Of a stretch of DNA of 64,000 nt, positions 49,049-58,925 are shown in pieces (position 1 is the first letter of the stretch; each line of letters opens with the position of its first letter). Source of the DNA: Candidatus Aminicenantes bacterium (GTDB lineage Bacteria; Acidobacteriota; Aminicenantia; Aminicenantales; JAFGBC01); the NCBI GenBank assembly GCA_963702005.1, contig OY969696.1, forward strand, positions 32,001-96,000, read 5' to 3'. Position numbers and translations under genes: made by a program. The notes under the pieces were generated by a model that saw only the letters and a list, made by a program, of their open reading frames with translations, made no database searches and had not been told where the DNA came from.

Positions 49049-49278
49049 ATTTTCTTGATCCGGAGGACTTTGATCCGGTTGTGCAGGGTGTTTCGATGGA
49101 CGCCCAGGGCCTTGGCGACCTTAGTGATGTTCCCCTTGTGCTTCTTGAGGGCGGCTTCCAGGCAGACCTTTTCGAACTCCTTGAGGGCGTCCTCCAGCGC
49201 GATCTCTTTATCGACGAGGTCCTTGCTGAGGTTCTCCATCTTCTGATGGAGGGTCAGGTCGCTAATCTTTTTGTCCAT
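49045..49278 (-). CDS. Small Fis-type HTH DNA-binding protein
   Basis: FEK..LEAAL....GN.TK.AK.LGVHRNTL. Confidence 0.85.
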   Translation of the reverse strand: MDKKISDLTLHQKMENLSKDLVDKEIALEDALKEFEKVCLEAALKKHKGNITKVAKALGVHRNTLHNRIKVLRIKKI

Positions 49279-49798
49279 GGTCTTCCGCGCTTTCTTTGAT
49301 GGCGAGATAGGTCTCCTTGAACTTCGCCTTGAGTTCCGCCGGGATGAGGAGGATAGCGGTCCGGGCGACTTGGTAGGATATCGGCGCCAGCTGCGACTCC
49401 TTGACCCCCCCACGGTCGATGGGAAAGACGACGAGAGCCAGGACGCAAACCACGCAGATGAGGACGCCCTTGACGAATCCCAGAAATCCGCCCAGGACGT
49501 GATCCATGAAATGGAGGGGCCCCTTCATGAGCTTCGAGATCAGGGCCCCGAGTGCCCATCCTAAGAACAGCACGACAAGGAACACGAACAGAAATCCGAT
49601 AAGGTTGGCCCAAAGCGGACTCGAGATGACGATCTGGACGACCCGGGCGAACGTCCGGTAGTATTGACTGGCCAGGATGAGGCCGCCGATCGCGGCCGCG
49701 ATCCCGACGAGCGACCGGACAAAGCCCTTGATCAGGCCCGCTATGACGGTCGCCAGAAGGATGACGATAAGGACGATGTCGAGCCAATTAACTCCCAT
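49262..49798 (-). CDS. cvpA: CvpA family membrane protein
   Basis: NWLD.......G...GF and D..LG..LG..KG motifs; four TM segments. Confidence 0.88.
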   Translation of the reverse strand: MGVNWLDIVLIVILLATVIAGLIKGFVRSLVGIAAAIGGLILASQYYRTFARVVQIVISSPLWANLIGFLFVFLVVLFLGWALGALISKLMKGPLHFMDHVLGGFLGFVKGVLICVVCVLALVVFPIDRGGVKESQLAPISYQVARTAILLIPAELKAKFKETYLAIKESAEDHGQKD

Positions 49799-50695
49799 CT
49801 ACCCCCTCCTCCTTTTTTGCAGCTCTTCGATCATCCAATACTGTCCATCGGAGAGCGAGCCGAACGTGACGTTCGGCTTGATCCTTCCGTGAAAATCCGA
49901 CCCGGCCGTGGGGACGAGGTCGAGCGTCCGGGCCAGCTCCTTGTAGAACAGGACCTGCTCCCGGTTGTGGTAGGACGTGTAGACTTCGATCCCGGCCAAG
50001 CCGCGCTCTTTGAGGGCGACCAGGTCCTCCCGGGTCGTGTTCTGGAAATAGGCGCCGGGGTGGCTGAGGACGCCCACCCCGCCCAGCGCGGGCACCGCGT
50101 CGAGGACTTCGACGAGAGGAACGTGCCTTTTAGGGACATAGGCCGGCATCCCCTCGGCGAAATAATCCCGGTAGAAGAGATAGGGACCGAACTCCCGGTT
50201 CTCCTCGTTTAAATAATATTTAAGGGCGGGCGGCGCCGCGCCGTTCCCGGCCGCCTTGTCGAGCAGGATCTGGGCGATCTTGACGCCCAAGGGCGGAGTG
50301 CCGTCCGTGGCGCGGATGACCTCGGTCCAGTCGATCTCGAACCCGAGCTCCCGGAGCTTCCCGACTCGTTCCCGGGCTTCCTCGAGCCGGGCCGTCGTGA
50401 CGCGGGCCGACAGCTCGGCCACGGTCCGGCCCTGCCAGCCCACGAATGGGACCAAGAGGTGGAATTCCCGCTGATCCTCGCCGAAGAGGGTCGTTAACTC
50501 GATGCTGGGGACGACCTCGACGCCCTCGACCCGGCCCGCCTCCAAGGCCTCCGGATAGGCGGCGACCGTGTCGTGATCGGCGATCGCGATGGCCCGCATC
50601 CCGCTCGCCCGGGCCATCCGGACCAGCTCGGCCGGCGCGAAATCGCCGTCGCAGCTCCGGTTGGAGTGGATGTGGAGGTCGACCGTTCCCGGCAT
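49799..50695 (-). CDS. PHP domain phosphoesterase (TrpH/YciV-like)
   Basis: DLHIHS..SCDG, ADHD, HP and GSDFHG motifs. Confidence 0.88.
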   Translation of the reverse strand: MPGTVDLHIHSNRSCDGDFAPAELVRMARASGMRAIAIADHDTVAAYPEALEAGRVEGVEVVPSIELTTLFGEDQREFHLLVPFVGWQGRTVAELSARVTTARLEEARERVGKLRELGFEIDWTEVIRATDGTPPLGVKIAQILLDKAAGNGAAPPALKYYLNEENREFGPYLFYRDYFAEGMPAYVPKRHVPLVEVLDAVPALGGVGVLSHPGAYFQNTTREDLVALKERGLAGIEVYTSYHNREQVLFYKELARTLDLVPTAGSDFHGRIKPNVTFGSLSDGQYWMIEELQKRRRG

Positions 50696-51585
50696 TAGAG
50701 CTCGTTTCGGTCCGTCAGCCGCTTGTAGATATCGAGATAACGCTTGGCCGTCTGCCGGATAATCGCGGCCGGCAGGGGCGGCGGCGGAGTCGTCTTGTCC
50801 CAGGGCGTGCTTTCCAGATAGTCGCGGACGAATTGTTTGTCCAGGCTGGGCTGGCCCCGGCCGGGGGCATAGGTCTCGAGCGGCCAGAATCGGGAGGAGT
50901 CCGGGGTGAAGATCTCGTCGATAAGGATGAGCTCCTCGCCGTCGAGGCCGAACTCGAACTTGGTGTCGGCGATGATGATGCCTTTGTTGAGGGCATGGAG
51001 GAGAGCTTTATGGTAAAGCTCGAGGCTGACCTTCCGGATCTTTTGGGCCAGGGCGCTCCCGACCCGCTTCTCCATCTCCCGGAAAGAGATGTTCTCGTCG
51101 TGGCCGGCCTCGGCTTTGGTCGAAGGCGTGAAGATGGGCTCCGGAAGCTGGTCCGACTCGACGAGGCCTTTGGCCAGCTTGATGCCGCAGACCTTTCCGC
51201 CGGTCTTGTATTCTTTCCAGCCCGACCCGGCCAGGTAGCCGCGGACGACGCACTCGATCGGGACGACCGAGGTCTTGCGGACGAGCATGGACCTCTTGTC
51301 GAGGAGGCGGCGGAATTTTTTGATGGCGATCGGGAACGCCTCGACATCGGCCGTCACCAAATGGTTGGCGCAGACGAGAGCCGTCGTCTCGAACCAGAAC
51401 TTGGAAAGCTGGGTCAGGACCTTCCCCTTGCCCGGGATGAGCGAAGGCAGGATGAAGTCGAAGGCGGAGATGCGGTCCGTCGCCACAATCAGGAGCTCGT
51501 CCCCGAGATCGTAGACGTCGCGGACCTTGCCCTTCTTGTGGAGCGGAACGCCCGGAAGAGAAATGTCGGCCAGCGGCTTTTCCAT
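50695..51585 (-). CDS. purC: SAICAR synthetase
   Basis: GKVRDVY, TDRISAFD, ECVVRGYL.GSG, ADTKFEFG and TPDSSRFW motifs. Confidence 0.96.
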   Translation of the reverse strand: MEKPLADISLPGVPLHKKGKVRDVYDLGDELLIVATDRISAFDFILPSLIPGKGKVLTQLSKFWFETTALVCANHLVTADVEAFPIAIKKFRRLLDKRSMLVRKTSVVPIECVVRGYLAGSGWKEYKTGGKVCGIKLAKGLVESDQLPEPIFTPSTKAEAGHDENISFREMEKRVGSALAQKIRKVSLELYHKALLHALNKGIIIADTKFEFGLDGEELILIDEIFTPDSSRFWPLETYAPGRGQPSLDKQFVRDYLESTPWDKTTPPPPLPAAIIRQTAKRYLDIYKRLTDRNEL

Positions 51586-51653
51586 AATGAGTAAGAATAA
51601 AGAAAATAAAGGGAAAAAGCAACTCAACCACTCATGCAAGCGCATTGCGATCT

Positions 51654-52376
51654 TTAAGATCGAGCGATGCCGATGAAGCTCGCCATCCGGGAATTTTTAT
51701 CCCGATCGCGGCGGAAGGAGAGGAGGCCCGGCTCGCAGTGCGTGCAGGACGCGACCGAGACGATATTCGCTTCCGGGACGCCGGCCGCCCGCAGCGAAGC
51801 GACGTTGGCCGCGCGCAGGGCGAAGAGATAACGGCCTCGGCCCGGACCGAGCTCCCGGAACAAGGAACCGGGAAATCGTTCCCGGGCGAATGCGGAGCGG
51901 ACGTCGTCTCCGACTTCGTAGCAGTCTCCGCCGATGCAGGGCCCGAGGGCGGCCAGGAGGCCGTCCGGCGTCGCCCCGTACCGCCCGGCGAGAATCTCGA
52001 GCGTCCTCGCCAGGATCCGGCGCAGCGTTCCGCGCCAGCCGCAGTGGACGGCCGCGACGACGCGCCTCGCCTCGTCGACGAGAAGGACGGGAAGGCAATC
52101 GGCCGTCTTCACGACCAGGAGGACGAGGGGCAGGGCGGTGACCAGGGCGTCGCCGGACAGCTTGGTCGCGGCCGCCTTCTCGACGTTGCCGGCGTCGATG
52201 ACATGAACGATATCGGAGTGAATCTGCTTGAGGACGACCGCGCGGAATCCGTCCCGGTCGGACAGGGTTTTAACGTCTTTGGGGGTCCAAGCGGCCGTCC
52301 CGAACCCGTGGACGAGCCCGGGAACGCGGTCGAGCCGCGGAACCGTCAAGTAGGGGGTGCCGTTGTTCGAGAGCAT
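51654..52376 (-). CDS. pgeF: Peptidoglycan editing factor PgeF / YfiH-like protein
   Basis: QIHS, GDAL.T, TADCLP, HCGWRG, GP.I..CYEVG and CT.C....SFRR motifs. Confidence 0.88.
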   Translation of the reverse strand: MLSNNGTPYLTVPRLDRVPGLVHGFGTAAWTPKDVKTLSDRDGFRAVVLKQIHSDIVHVIDAGNVEKAAATKLSGDALVTALPLVLLVVKTADCLPVLLVDEARRVVAAVHCGWRGTLRRILARTLEILAGRYGATPDGLLAALGPCIGGDCYEVGDDVRSAFARERFPGSLFRELGPGRGRYLFALRAANVASLRAAGVPEANIVSVASCTHCEPGLLSFRRDRDKNSRMASFIGIARS

Positions 52377-52427
52377 CTTCTTTCTTATACAGGGAGAGTC
52401 CTACCGTTTGCAACACCCGGGGCCGCC

Positions 52428-52456
52428 TTGACAAAGGGGGCGGCTTCGGGTATAAA
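52428..52456 (+). promoter_or_regulatory. sigma70 promoter of rpsU
   Basis: TTGACA-17 nt-TATAAA. Confidence 0.75.
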
Positions 52457-52489
52457 ATACGACTCTTGCCGACAAGGAGGTGAGTCCGT

Positions 52490-52696
52490 TTGGCATTTAT
52501 CGTCATTGACGAAGGCGAATCCTTAGAAAGCGCCCTCAAGCGGTTCAAGAGGAAGGTCCAGCAGGAAGCCATCATCAAGGAGATCAAGAGACATTCCGTC
52601 TACTTCAAACCCGGCGAACGACGCCGGATGAAAGCCGCCCAGGCGCGCAAGAGGATGCGCCGTCGCATCAAGCGCGAACGCGATTTCGAGTACTGA
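52490..52696 (+). CDS. rpsU: 30S ribosomal protein S21
   Basis: TTG start after AAGGAGGTG; ESLESALKRFKRKV...Y.KP. Confidence 0.93.
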   Translation: MAFIVIDEGESLESALKRFKRKVQQEAIIKEIKRHSVYFKPGERRRMKAAQARKRMRRRIKRERDFEY

Positions 52697-52757
52697 GCCC
52701 GGACATCAGCCTTTTGAGTCGGAATCCTCGGTCGATCGGGATTCATTGGCCGCCGTC

Positions 52758-53666
52758 ATGACAACCGCTCAGCGAGAGGACTGCTCCGGTCCGCGGGCGG
52801 CCGCCCTGCCTCGCAAGCCTTCCTGGCTCAAAATCGAAAGGCCCACGCGGCGGACCTTTTTTGTCGTCGCCGACCTCCTGGGCCGCCACGGCCTGGAGAC
52901 GATCTGCAGCAACGCCCGCTGTCCCAACGCCGCGGAATGCTGGTCGGAGGGGACGGCGACCTTCCTGATCCTGGGACGAACCTGCACCCGGAGCTGCGCC
53001 TTCTGCGCGGTCGCCAAGGGCGTCCCGGCCCCGCCGCGGCCCGAGGAGCCGGCGGCGCTGGCCTCGGCCGTCCGGGCCCTCGGCTTGCGCTACGTCGTCA
53101 TCACTTCGGTGACCCGGGACGACCTCGCCGACGGAGGGGCCGGCCATTTCAGCGCTTCCGTCCGAGCCGTCAAGGCCGCGGAGGAGGGGCTAAAGGTCGA
53201 GGTCCTCATTCCCGATTTCGGCGGCGACGCCCGTGCCCTGCGAACGGTCATCGAATCCGGGCCCGATGTCGTCAATCATAACCTCGAAACGACCGAGGCC
53301 GTCTATCCCAAGATCGGCCGGCCCACCGCGAACTACACCCGCTCGCTCGAAGTCCTAACCCGGGCCAAGGCCTTTGGCGCAACGACGAAGTCCGGCCTCA
53401 TGGTCGGGCTGGGCGAGACACGGGACGATCTCGTCCGCGCCTTCCGCGATCTCAGGACGGCCGGATGCGACCTCCTCACGGTCGGCCAGTACCTTCAGCC
53501 CGCCCGGGGGGCTTTGCCCGTCGTCCGTTACTATGACCCGGCCGAGTTCGCTGAGCTTAAAAGCCTCGCCCTGGGCTTGGGCTTCAAGGGCGCCGTCGCC
53601 GGCCCGCTCGTCCGGAGCTCCTATCACGCCCAACGGCTGTCCGACGCTTCGGGCCAAAGGAATTGA
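52758..53666 (+). CDS. lipA: Lipoyl synthase
   Basis: CxxxxCPNxxEC, CTRSCAFC, VITSVTRDDL, KSG.M.GLGE, GQYLQP and VRSSY motifs. Confidence 0.95.
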   Translation: MTTAQREDCSGPRAAALPRKPSWLKIERPTRRTFFVVADLLGRHGLETICSNARCPNAAECWSEGTATFLILGRTCTRSCAFCAVAKGVPAPPRPEEPAALASAVRALGLRYVVITSVTRDDLADGGAGHFSASVRAVKAAEEGLKVEVLIPDFGGDARALRTVIESGPDVVNHNLETTEAVYPKIGRPTANYTRSLEVLTRAKAFGATTKSGLMVGLGETRDDLVRAFRDLRTAGCDLLTVGQYLQPARGALPVVRYYDPAEFAELKSLALGLGFKGAVAGPLVRSSYHAQRLSDASGQRN

Positions 53667-53670
53667 TTCC

Positions 53671-54411
53671 ATGCGCTATCTCATCTTCACCGACACCCAC
53701 GGCAACCTCGAGGCCCTGATGGCCCTCCTCAAGTTCGTCCCCAAGAAGCGGATCGACCATTACCTATTCCTGGGCGATCTGGTCGGCTACGAAGCTTCTC
53801 CCAACGACGTCATCCAGCGAATCCACGACCTGAAGCCGATCACCCTGATCCGCGGCAATCACGACAAGGCCGTCTGCAACCTGGAATCGATCCAGACCTT
53901 CAACCCGATCGCGGCCTCGGCCATCCTCTGGACCAAGAAACACCTGTCCAAGCGCAGCCAGCTGATCCTGGGGCATCTCAAGAAAGGCCCCCTCATCGTC
54001 CACGACTCGATCACGATCTGCCACGGCGCGCCCTTCGACGAGGATTATTATATCTTCGGCGAGTTCGACGCGGCCGAGGCCTTCGATCACATCAAGACCC
54101 AAGTCTGCTTCTTCGGCCACACCCACTTCCCCTTCGTCTACACGGAACGGGACCATCAGGTCGAGGGCACCTTCCTCGAAGGCGACCACAACGAGGTCAA
54201 GCTCGAGAAGGGCGTCCGCTATCTCATCAACCCGGGCTCGGTCGGCCAGCCCCGCGACCGAAATCCAAGGGCGGCCTGCGCCATTTATGACACCGAAACG
54301 CGGACGATCAAATTCTACCGGCTCGAGTACGAGATCGCCGAAGCCCAGAAAAAGATCCTCGACAACAACCTTCCCGCGGCGCTGGCCGAGCGCCTCTCTC
54401 AGGGAATCTGA
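53671..54411 (+). CDS. Calcineurin-like metallophosphoesterase
   Basis: D.HGN, GDLVGY, GNHD, GHTH and NPGSVGQPRD motifs. Confidence 0.9.
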   Translation: MRYLIFTDTHGNLEALMALLKFVPKKRIDHYLFLGDLVGYEASPNDVIQRIHDLKPITLIRGNHDKAVCNLESIQTFNPIAASAILWTKKHLSKRSQLILGHLKKGPLIVHDSITICHGAPFDEDYYIFGEFDAAEAFDHIKTQVCFFGHTHFPFVYTERDHQVEGTFLEGDHNEVKLEKGVRYLINPGSVGQPRDRNPRAACAIYDTETRTIKFYRLEYEIAEAQKKILDNNLPAALAERLSQGI

Positions 54412-54426
54412 GGAACGATCCCGCCC

Positions 54427-55272
54427 TCACGGCCGGGGGTTGGCGTAACAGTATAGGCAGCTGTGGGGACAGGACTGCGTGTAGCTCCCGATATCGACCG
54501 ACTCCGTGCACCCGCAGTCGGCCCGCTGAGTTCGGTCCTTCTTGACCGAGGCGGGGTCGCCAGCGGGATGGAGCTCGCGGAGAAGACGGCCGTCGATGCA
54601 GGCGGAGGCTTCGAGGCCGGGAACGTCGGCCAGGAACCGCTGGCTGCAGATGTAAAGACGCAACCCCAGCGACGCGGCCAGCGAGGCCATCCGGGCGGCC
54701 GCCTCCCGCTTCTCCTCGCGGGAAGGGTCCTGGAAGGCGAGTCCGGCCCGCTCGAACCTCCTGACGGCTTTACTATAGCGCTGGGCGAAGCTTATCCTGA
54801 TATCCCTGACGCCGAGCGCCGCCGCGCGGCGGACCGCCCTCTCGAAAAAGGGAAGGTTCGTCCGGACGGCCCCCGCTTCCTTCCAATGGACGATGGGGTC
54901 GAAGCGAAGGGAGATCCGCTCGGGCCGGCCCGCGATCCGGATGAGGGCGTCGAGCTGTCCGAGCGCTTCCTCCGGGGCGGGGACGCCGGGCTCGAGGGCC
55001 GTCCCGCCCAATCCCGTGACGGTGAAATGGAGATAGACCTGATCGTACTTGGCGAAAGCGCTCCTCAGCCCGTGCCTGTCGCCGATCAGGTTCGTAAAGT
55101 CCTTGGACCAGAGGACGACGCTGTGGACGGCTGACGGCGACAGGTCGGCCTCGAGCACTCTGCGCGAGGGACCGACGACCTCGGCTCGTTCGGTCCGCAG
55201 GGCCCCGGACAGCCATTCCGGGAAGAAGGCGACCAGGTCGGTCCGGCGCGACGCGCTGATGACGGTTTTCAT
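54427..55272 (-). CDS. DUF1848 family protein (radical-SAM-like C-terminal Cys cluster)
   Basis: ISASRRTD, WSK, RFDP and QR..CGC..S.DIG.Y..C.H.C.YCYAN motifs. Confidence 0.88.
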   Translation of the reverse strand: MKTVISASRRTDLVAFFPEWLSGALRTERAEVVGPSRRVLEADLSPSAVHSVVLWSKDFTNLIGDRHGLRSAFAKYDQVYLHFTVTGLGGTALEPGVPAPEEALGQLDALIRIAGRPERISLRFDPIVHWKEAGAVRTNLPFFERAVRRAAALGVRDIRISFAQRYSKAVRRFERAGLAFQDPSREEKREAAARMASLAASLGLRLYICSQRFLADVPGLEASACIDGRLLRELHPAGDPASVKKDRTQRADCGCTESVDIGSYTQSCPHSCLYCYANPRP

Positions 55273-55417
55273 GCCCGTCTCCATTGTACGAGATTCGTAT
55301 GGACCGCCTCAACAACGCCATTTCTCCCAGCAAAAGCCGGCGCTGCGCCGGGACGGGTCCTGTCGCGCTCTCCCGGTCGTTTCACGCCCGGGCGAATCAT
55401 GATAAGATAAGCGGGTC

Positions 55418-56218
55418 ATGAGCGCGGTCCTGCGGGCGGAAAGTCTCCTCAAGGTCTACAACCGGCGCCGGGTCGTCGACGGCGTCACGATCGAGCTTCG
55501 GGCCGGCGAAATCATCGGGCTGCTGGGACGGAACGGAGCCGGAAAGACCACGACCTTCCAGATCATGGTCGGCCTCGTTAAGCCCGAGGCCGGTTCCATC
55601 CGGCTCGACGGCCGCGACATCTCCCGCGTCCCGACCTACCTCCGGGCCCGGCTCGGCGTGACCTACCTCCCCCAGGAGGGATCGGTTTTCCTCAAGGCCT
55701 CGGTCCGGGACAACCTCCGGCTCGGCCTCGAGCTCTCCCCTTATTCCAAACACGATCAGGAGGCGATCGCCTCCCGGCTCCTCGAAGAGATGGGCCTGGA
55801 CGCGCTGGCCGGCCAATCCGCCCACAGCCTCTCGGGCGGCGAGCGGAGGAGGCTCGAGATCTGCCGGGCCCTGATCCTCAACCCCAAATTCCTTCTCCTC
55901 GACGAGCCGTTCACCGGCATCGACCCCCTGACCATCCTCGAGCTCCAGAAGATCCTGCGCGGCCTCAAGGCCAAGGGGATCGGCATGGTCCTCTCCGACC
56001 ACAATGTCCGCGACACCTTCCGGATCGTGGACAGGGCTTATATCATCGACGAGGGCCGGATCCTGGTTGAAGGACCTCCCGACGCGGTCGCCTCCGACGA
56101 AACGGCGCGCGCCAGCTTTCTGGGGAAGGGATTCAAGTGGGAGCCGGGTCGAGAGGCGGCCTATTCCTCGGAGAACGCGAACAGGCGGTCCCCGAACGTC
56201 TCGCCCAGGAAGAAGTAA
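55418..56218 (+). CDS. lptB: LPS export ABC ATPase
   Basis: GRNGAGKTT, YLPQE, LSGGERRRLEI, LDEPF.G.DP and DHNVR motifs. Confidence 0.92.
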   Translation: MSAVLRAESLLKVYNRRRVVDGVTIELRAGEIIGLLGRNGAGKTTTFQIMVGLVKPEAGSIRLDGRDISRVPTYLRARLGVTYLPQEGSVFLKASVRDNLRLGLELSPYSKHDQEAIASRLLEEMGLDALAGQSAHSLSGGERRRLEICRALILNPKFLLLDEPFTGIDPLTILELQKILRGLKAKGIGMVLSDHNVRDTFRIVDRAYIIDEGRILVEGPPDAVASDETARASFLGKGFKWEPGREAAYSSENANRRSPNVSPRKK

Positions 56219-57336
56219 AACAGGGCCCAGTACGAGACGAGCAGGACAAGGTAGAAAAGGCCGACCGAAAGGGCGGCCGCCCCGACCAACCTAAAAAGAG
56301 AAACTTCCATCGACCGCGCGGCCAGCCAGACGGCGAGCCCCCAGAAGACGGCGATAAAGACGAGGTCGAAGACCTTGGCTTTGAGCCGGATCTTGAACCG
56401 GGAGGACGGCCGTAGAACCCGGTCGCGGGCAGGCTCCGGCGGCACTGAAAACGGGCGTTCCTCCGCCTCTTCGCCGAACGGTTCGGCCCGCTCCTCGTCC
56501 CGCTCTTCTCGGCGCCCTTCCTCGCGCTCATCGAACTCGGTCATGGCCCTTCCCTCCTCGCCGAACGGAAGCGGTTTCTGCGTCAAAGTTTCCGGGATCC
56601 CGATTCCCGACGGCGAGGTCGGCGGGGCCTCCGCGGACTCCGCTGCCGGCCGCCCCGACTCCGAGGCGAACGGAGGCCTCGCATCCTCGTCCCCGGCGGG
56701 CTTTTTGATGCGCTCGGCCCAGGGCGGGAAAGCCTTGGAGTCCGAGGTCTCCGGCTTGGCTTTTTGGGCTTCGGCCTCCCGCTCGTCTTTGAACGAGGCA
56801 AGGAAACTTTCGAACTTCTCCTTGCCGAGCTCGGCCGTGGGCATGAAGCGGTCGAGCTCCTTGGTCCTGAAGGTCAGGTCGTCGCTTTTGGCGGTCTTGG
56901 GCTCTTCGCTTGTTTCTTGTTTAACCATGGTATCCGAGGTCTGCTCGGTCCGCAGAGGGGCGGGGATCTCCTTGGATTCACCGGAGCGGCCGGAATCTTC
57001 CTCCCCGCCGCCCGGCCCGGCGTCCGGCGCTTGCTCCGCGCCGCCCAGCGATCCGAGAATGATCTCGGCTTCCTTTTCTTCGTCCCCGCCTTCTTCCTCG
57101 ACGAAAGCCGCCTCCTCGATCCCCTTCTCGTCCGGCGCGCTCTCTTTAACGTCCTCGTCCTCGGCCGCCGTCTTGGCCTCGGGCTCTTCTTCACCGCCGT
57201 CGACGATCCGGTCGCCCGGGATGTCCTCCTCGACGGCGTCGTCATCGGGGAAAAGAAGCTGGGTTCCGCAGTTCTGACAGTATAGATCCTTCTCGTCGAT
57301 GATGGCCCGGCAGTAAGGACACCTCTTAATGGCCAT
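56161..57336 (-). CDS. Zinc-ribbon + long acidic linker + RDD-like membrane domain protein
   Basis: CPYC...CQNCG; E/P/A-rich linker; RL.A..FD and G.T.G motifs with two TM segments. Confidence 0.72.
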   Translation of the reverse strand: MAIKRCPYCRAIIDEKDLYCQNCGTQLLFPDDDAVEEDIPGDRIVDGGEEEPEAKTAAEDEDVKESAPDEKGIEEAAFVEEEGGDEEKEAEIILGSLGGAEQAPDAGPGGGEEDSGRSGESKEIPAPLRTEQTSDTMVKQETSEEPKTAKSDDLTFRTKELDRFMPTAELGKEKFESFLASFKDEREAEAQKAKPETSDSKAFPPWAERIKKPAGDEDARPPFASESGRPAAESAEAPPTSPSGIGIPETLTQKPLPFGEEGRAMTEFDEREEGRREERDEERAEPFGEEAEERPFSVPPEPARDRVLRPSSRFKIRLKAKVFDLVFIAVFWGLAVWLAARSMEVSLFRLVGAAALSVGLFYLVLLVSYWALFYFFLGETFGDRLFAFSEE

Positions 57337-57416
57337 TAATGTATTTATATGAGGAAATCGCCCCGATGTCAATTCGCCGCCGGGACCCGAGCCTGCCCCG
57401 CCGTTTCCCGGGGAAA

Positions 57417-57445
57417 TTGACAGAGGCCCTAAAAATGTCCACAAT
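57417..57445 (+). promoter_or_regulatory. sigma70 promoter of tRNA-Val
   Basis: TTGACA-17 nt-CACAAT. Confidence 0.6.
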
Positions 57446-57456
57446 AAGGGCCGGCT

Positions 57457-57531
57457 GGGCGATTAACTCAGGGGTAGAGTACTACCTTCACACGGTAGGA
57501 GTCACAGGTTCAAATCCTGTATCGCCCACCA
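57457..57531 (+). tRNA. tRNA-Val (CAC)
   Basis: GGGCGATTAACTCAGGGGTAGAGTACTACCTT-CAC-ACGGTAGGAGTCACAGGTTCAAATCCTGTATCGCCCACCA. Confidence 0.95.
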
Positions 57532-58645
57532 CTTTATTATCAACGACTTGCGCGATCGCGCGTCCCGGCAAAATGGCAGGTGTGCCCAAAACTGTGCCCA
57601 AACTCGGGCCGGGTAGCTGGCCGACGACGCCGTGAAGATGCTTGTCGCTCAGGTGGGAATAGATCTCCGTCGTCTTGATGGACTTATGGCCCAGGAGCTG
57701 CTGGACCGCCCGGATATTTCCTGTCCGCATGACCAGGAAACTGGCAAACGTGTGCCGCCAAGTGTGGAGATTGGCGTCCCGGATGCCCAGCCTGTTCAGA
57801 TGATGGCGAAAACGGGCCTCAAGCGAGTGAATTTTGATTTTTTTGCCATCAGCCTTGGTAAAAACCCAGTTCGATCTTCTCTTCTTGTTCAGGAGCATGA
57901 AAGAGACTGCATCATGGAGTGGGATAATCCGTTCCTCGTTCCCTTTGGGCTTCCAGAAGTCCTTTGGCCGGACAGTAAGTCTATGCGCTATAAGATCAAC
58001 GTCGCTCCATTCGAGATTGACCAGCTCTCCGATACGCATGCCCGTATAGAGGAGCGTAAGATAGATTTCCCCTACCCAATTATCGCCGCAGGTATCGAGG
58101 ATTAGGCCCACTTCGGCTTCGCTGAAGAAACGCGGATTCTTTTTCGCCGTGCTCAAGAGCTTGACCCTCCGGGCCGGGCTTTCCTTAAGGAAACCAAGCT
58201 CCACCGCCCGGTTGAAAAACCGCTTTATTCCCTTGAGCTCCGTGTTCACGGTCGAACGGGCAACCTGGCTTCCCTTGCGCGACGGGGACGGCGCCTTGAG
58301 CCGGGAGGCTACATAGCCGTCGACCATGGCCATGTCCACGTCCCGGAGGCATTTTACGTTATGCTTCTCGGAAAGGTATTTTACGAAATGGTTGAGCGCG
58401 ATCGTATAATTGTGGGCGGTCTTCGCAGCCTGCCGGGCCCGGACGTATTCGAGGAACTCTTTCTGGAATAGGCCCAGCGGGATTTTCTGTCCGGAGACTA
58501 GCTCGTTGCGGGAGATCTTGTAAAGAATTTCTCCGTAGGCGTCCTCCGCCTGCTTCTTTTCCCTGCCGAGGCTGCGCCGGACCCGCTGGCCGGACTGGTA
58601 GAAGGTGATATACCAAAGCTTGCCTCGTCTGTATAACTTGGCCAT
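57488..58645 (-). CDS. Tyrosine recombinase/integrase
   Basis: N-terminal arm-binding-like WY.......R..SLG; TGMRIGEL, HTWRHTFAS, LLGH and T..Y catalytic motifs. Confidence 0.94.
   Translation of the reverse strand: MAKLYRRGKLWYITFYQSGQRVRRSLGREKKQAEDAYGEILYKISRNELVSGQKIPLGLFQKEFLEYVRARQAAKTAHNYTIALNHFVKYLSEKHNVKCLRDVDMAMVDGYVASRLKAPSPSRKGSQVARSTVNTELKGIKRFFNRAVELGFLKESPARRVKLLSTAKKNPRFFSEAEVGLILDTCGDNWVGEIYLTLLYTGMRIGELVNLEWSDVDLIAHRLTVRPKDFWKPKGNEERIIPLHDAVSFMLLNKKRRSNWVFTKADGKKIKIHSLEARFRHHLNRLGIRDANLHTWRHTFASFLVMRTGNIRAVQQLLGHKSIKTTEIYSHLSDKHLHGVVGQLPGPSLGTVLGTPAILPGRAIAQVVDNKVVGDTGFEPVTPTV
57538..57602 (+). promoter_or_regulatory. att-arm features: IHF site and tandem arm-type repeats
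   Basis: TATCAA-CGAC-TTG at 57538-57550; TGTGCCCAAA at 57581 and 57593. Confidence 0.65.
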
Positions 58646-58646
58646 T

Positions 58647-58868
58647 TTAGCTTTTCTCCCGGATCTCCCGGAGGATGCCTTCCACTCTTGATATGATAAG
58701 GCCGCGCTCTTTTAGTTTCAACCAACGCTCGACTTCGCTCTCCCTGAAGCGCAGGAGGCCGTTGACCTTGACGAAGGGGATGAGGCCCTTCGAGGTCCAT
58801 GAGTAGAGCGTGGATTTCTCGATGCCGAGCGCCTGGCAAATCTCCCCGGGAGAAAGCAGTTTGTTCAT
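58647..58868 (-). CDS. Excisionase-like HTH protein
   Basis: LL...E....LGI.KSTLY.W...G.IP..K.....RF; directly upstream of the integrase. Confidence 0.88.
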   Translation of the reverse strand: MNKLLSPGEICQALGIEKSTLYSWTSKGLIPFVKVNGLLRFRESEVERWLKLKERGLIISRVEGILREIREKS

Positions 58869-58925
58869 TTCACGTCTTTAGCGGTCATCATAAGCTCCGT
58901 TATGATGACCTTTTCCTGTTTTCCC

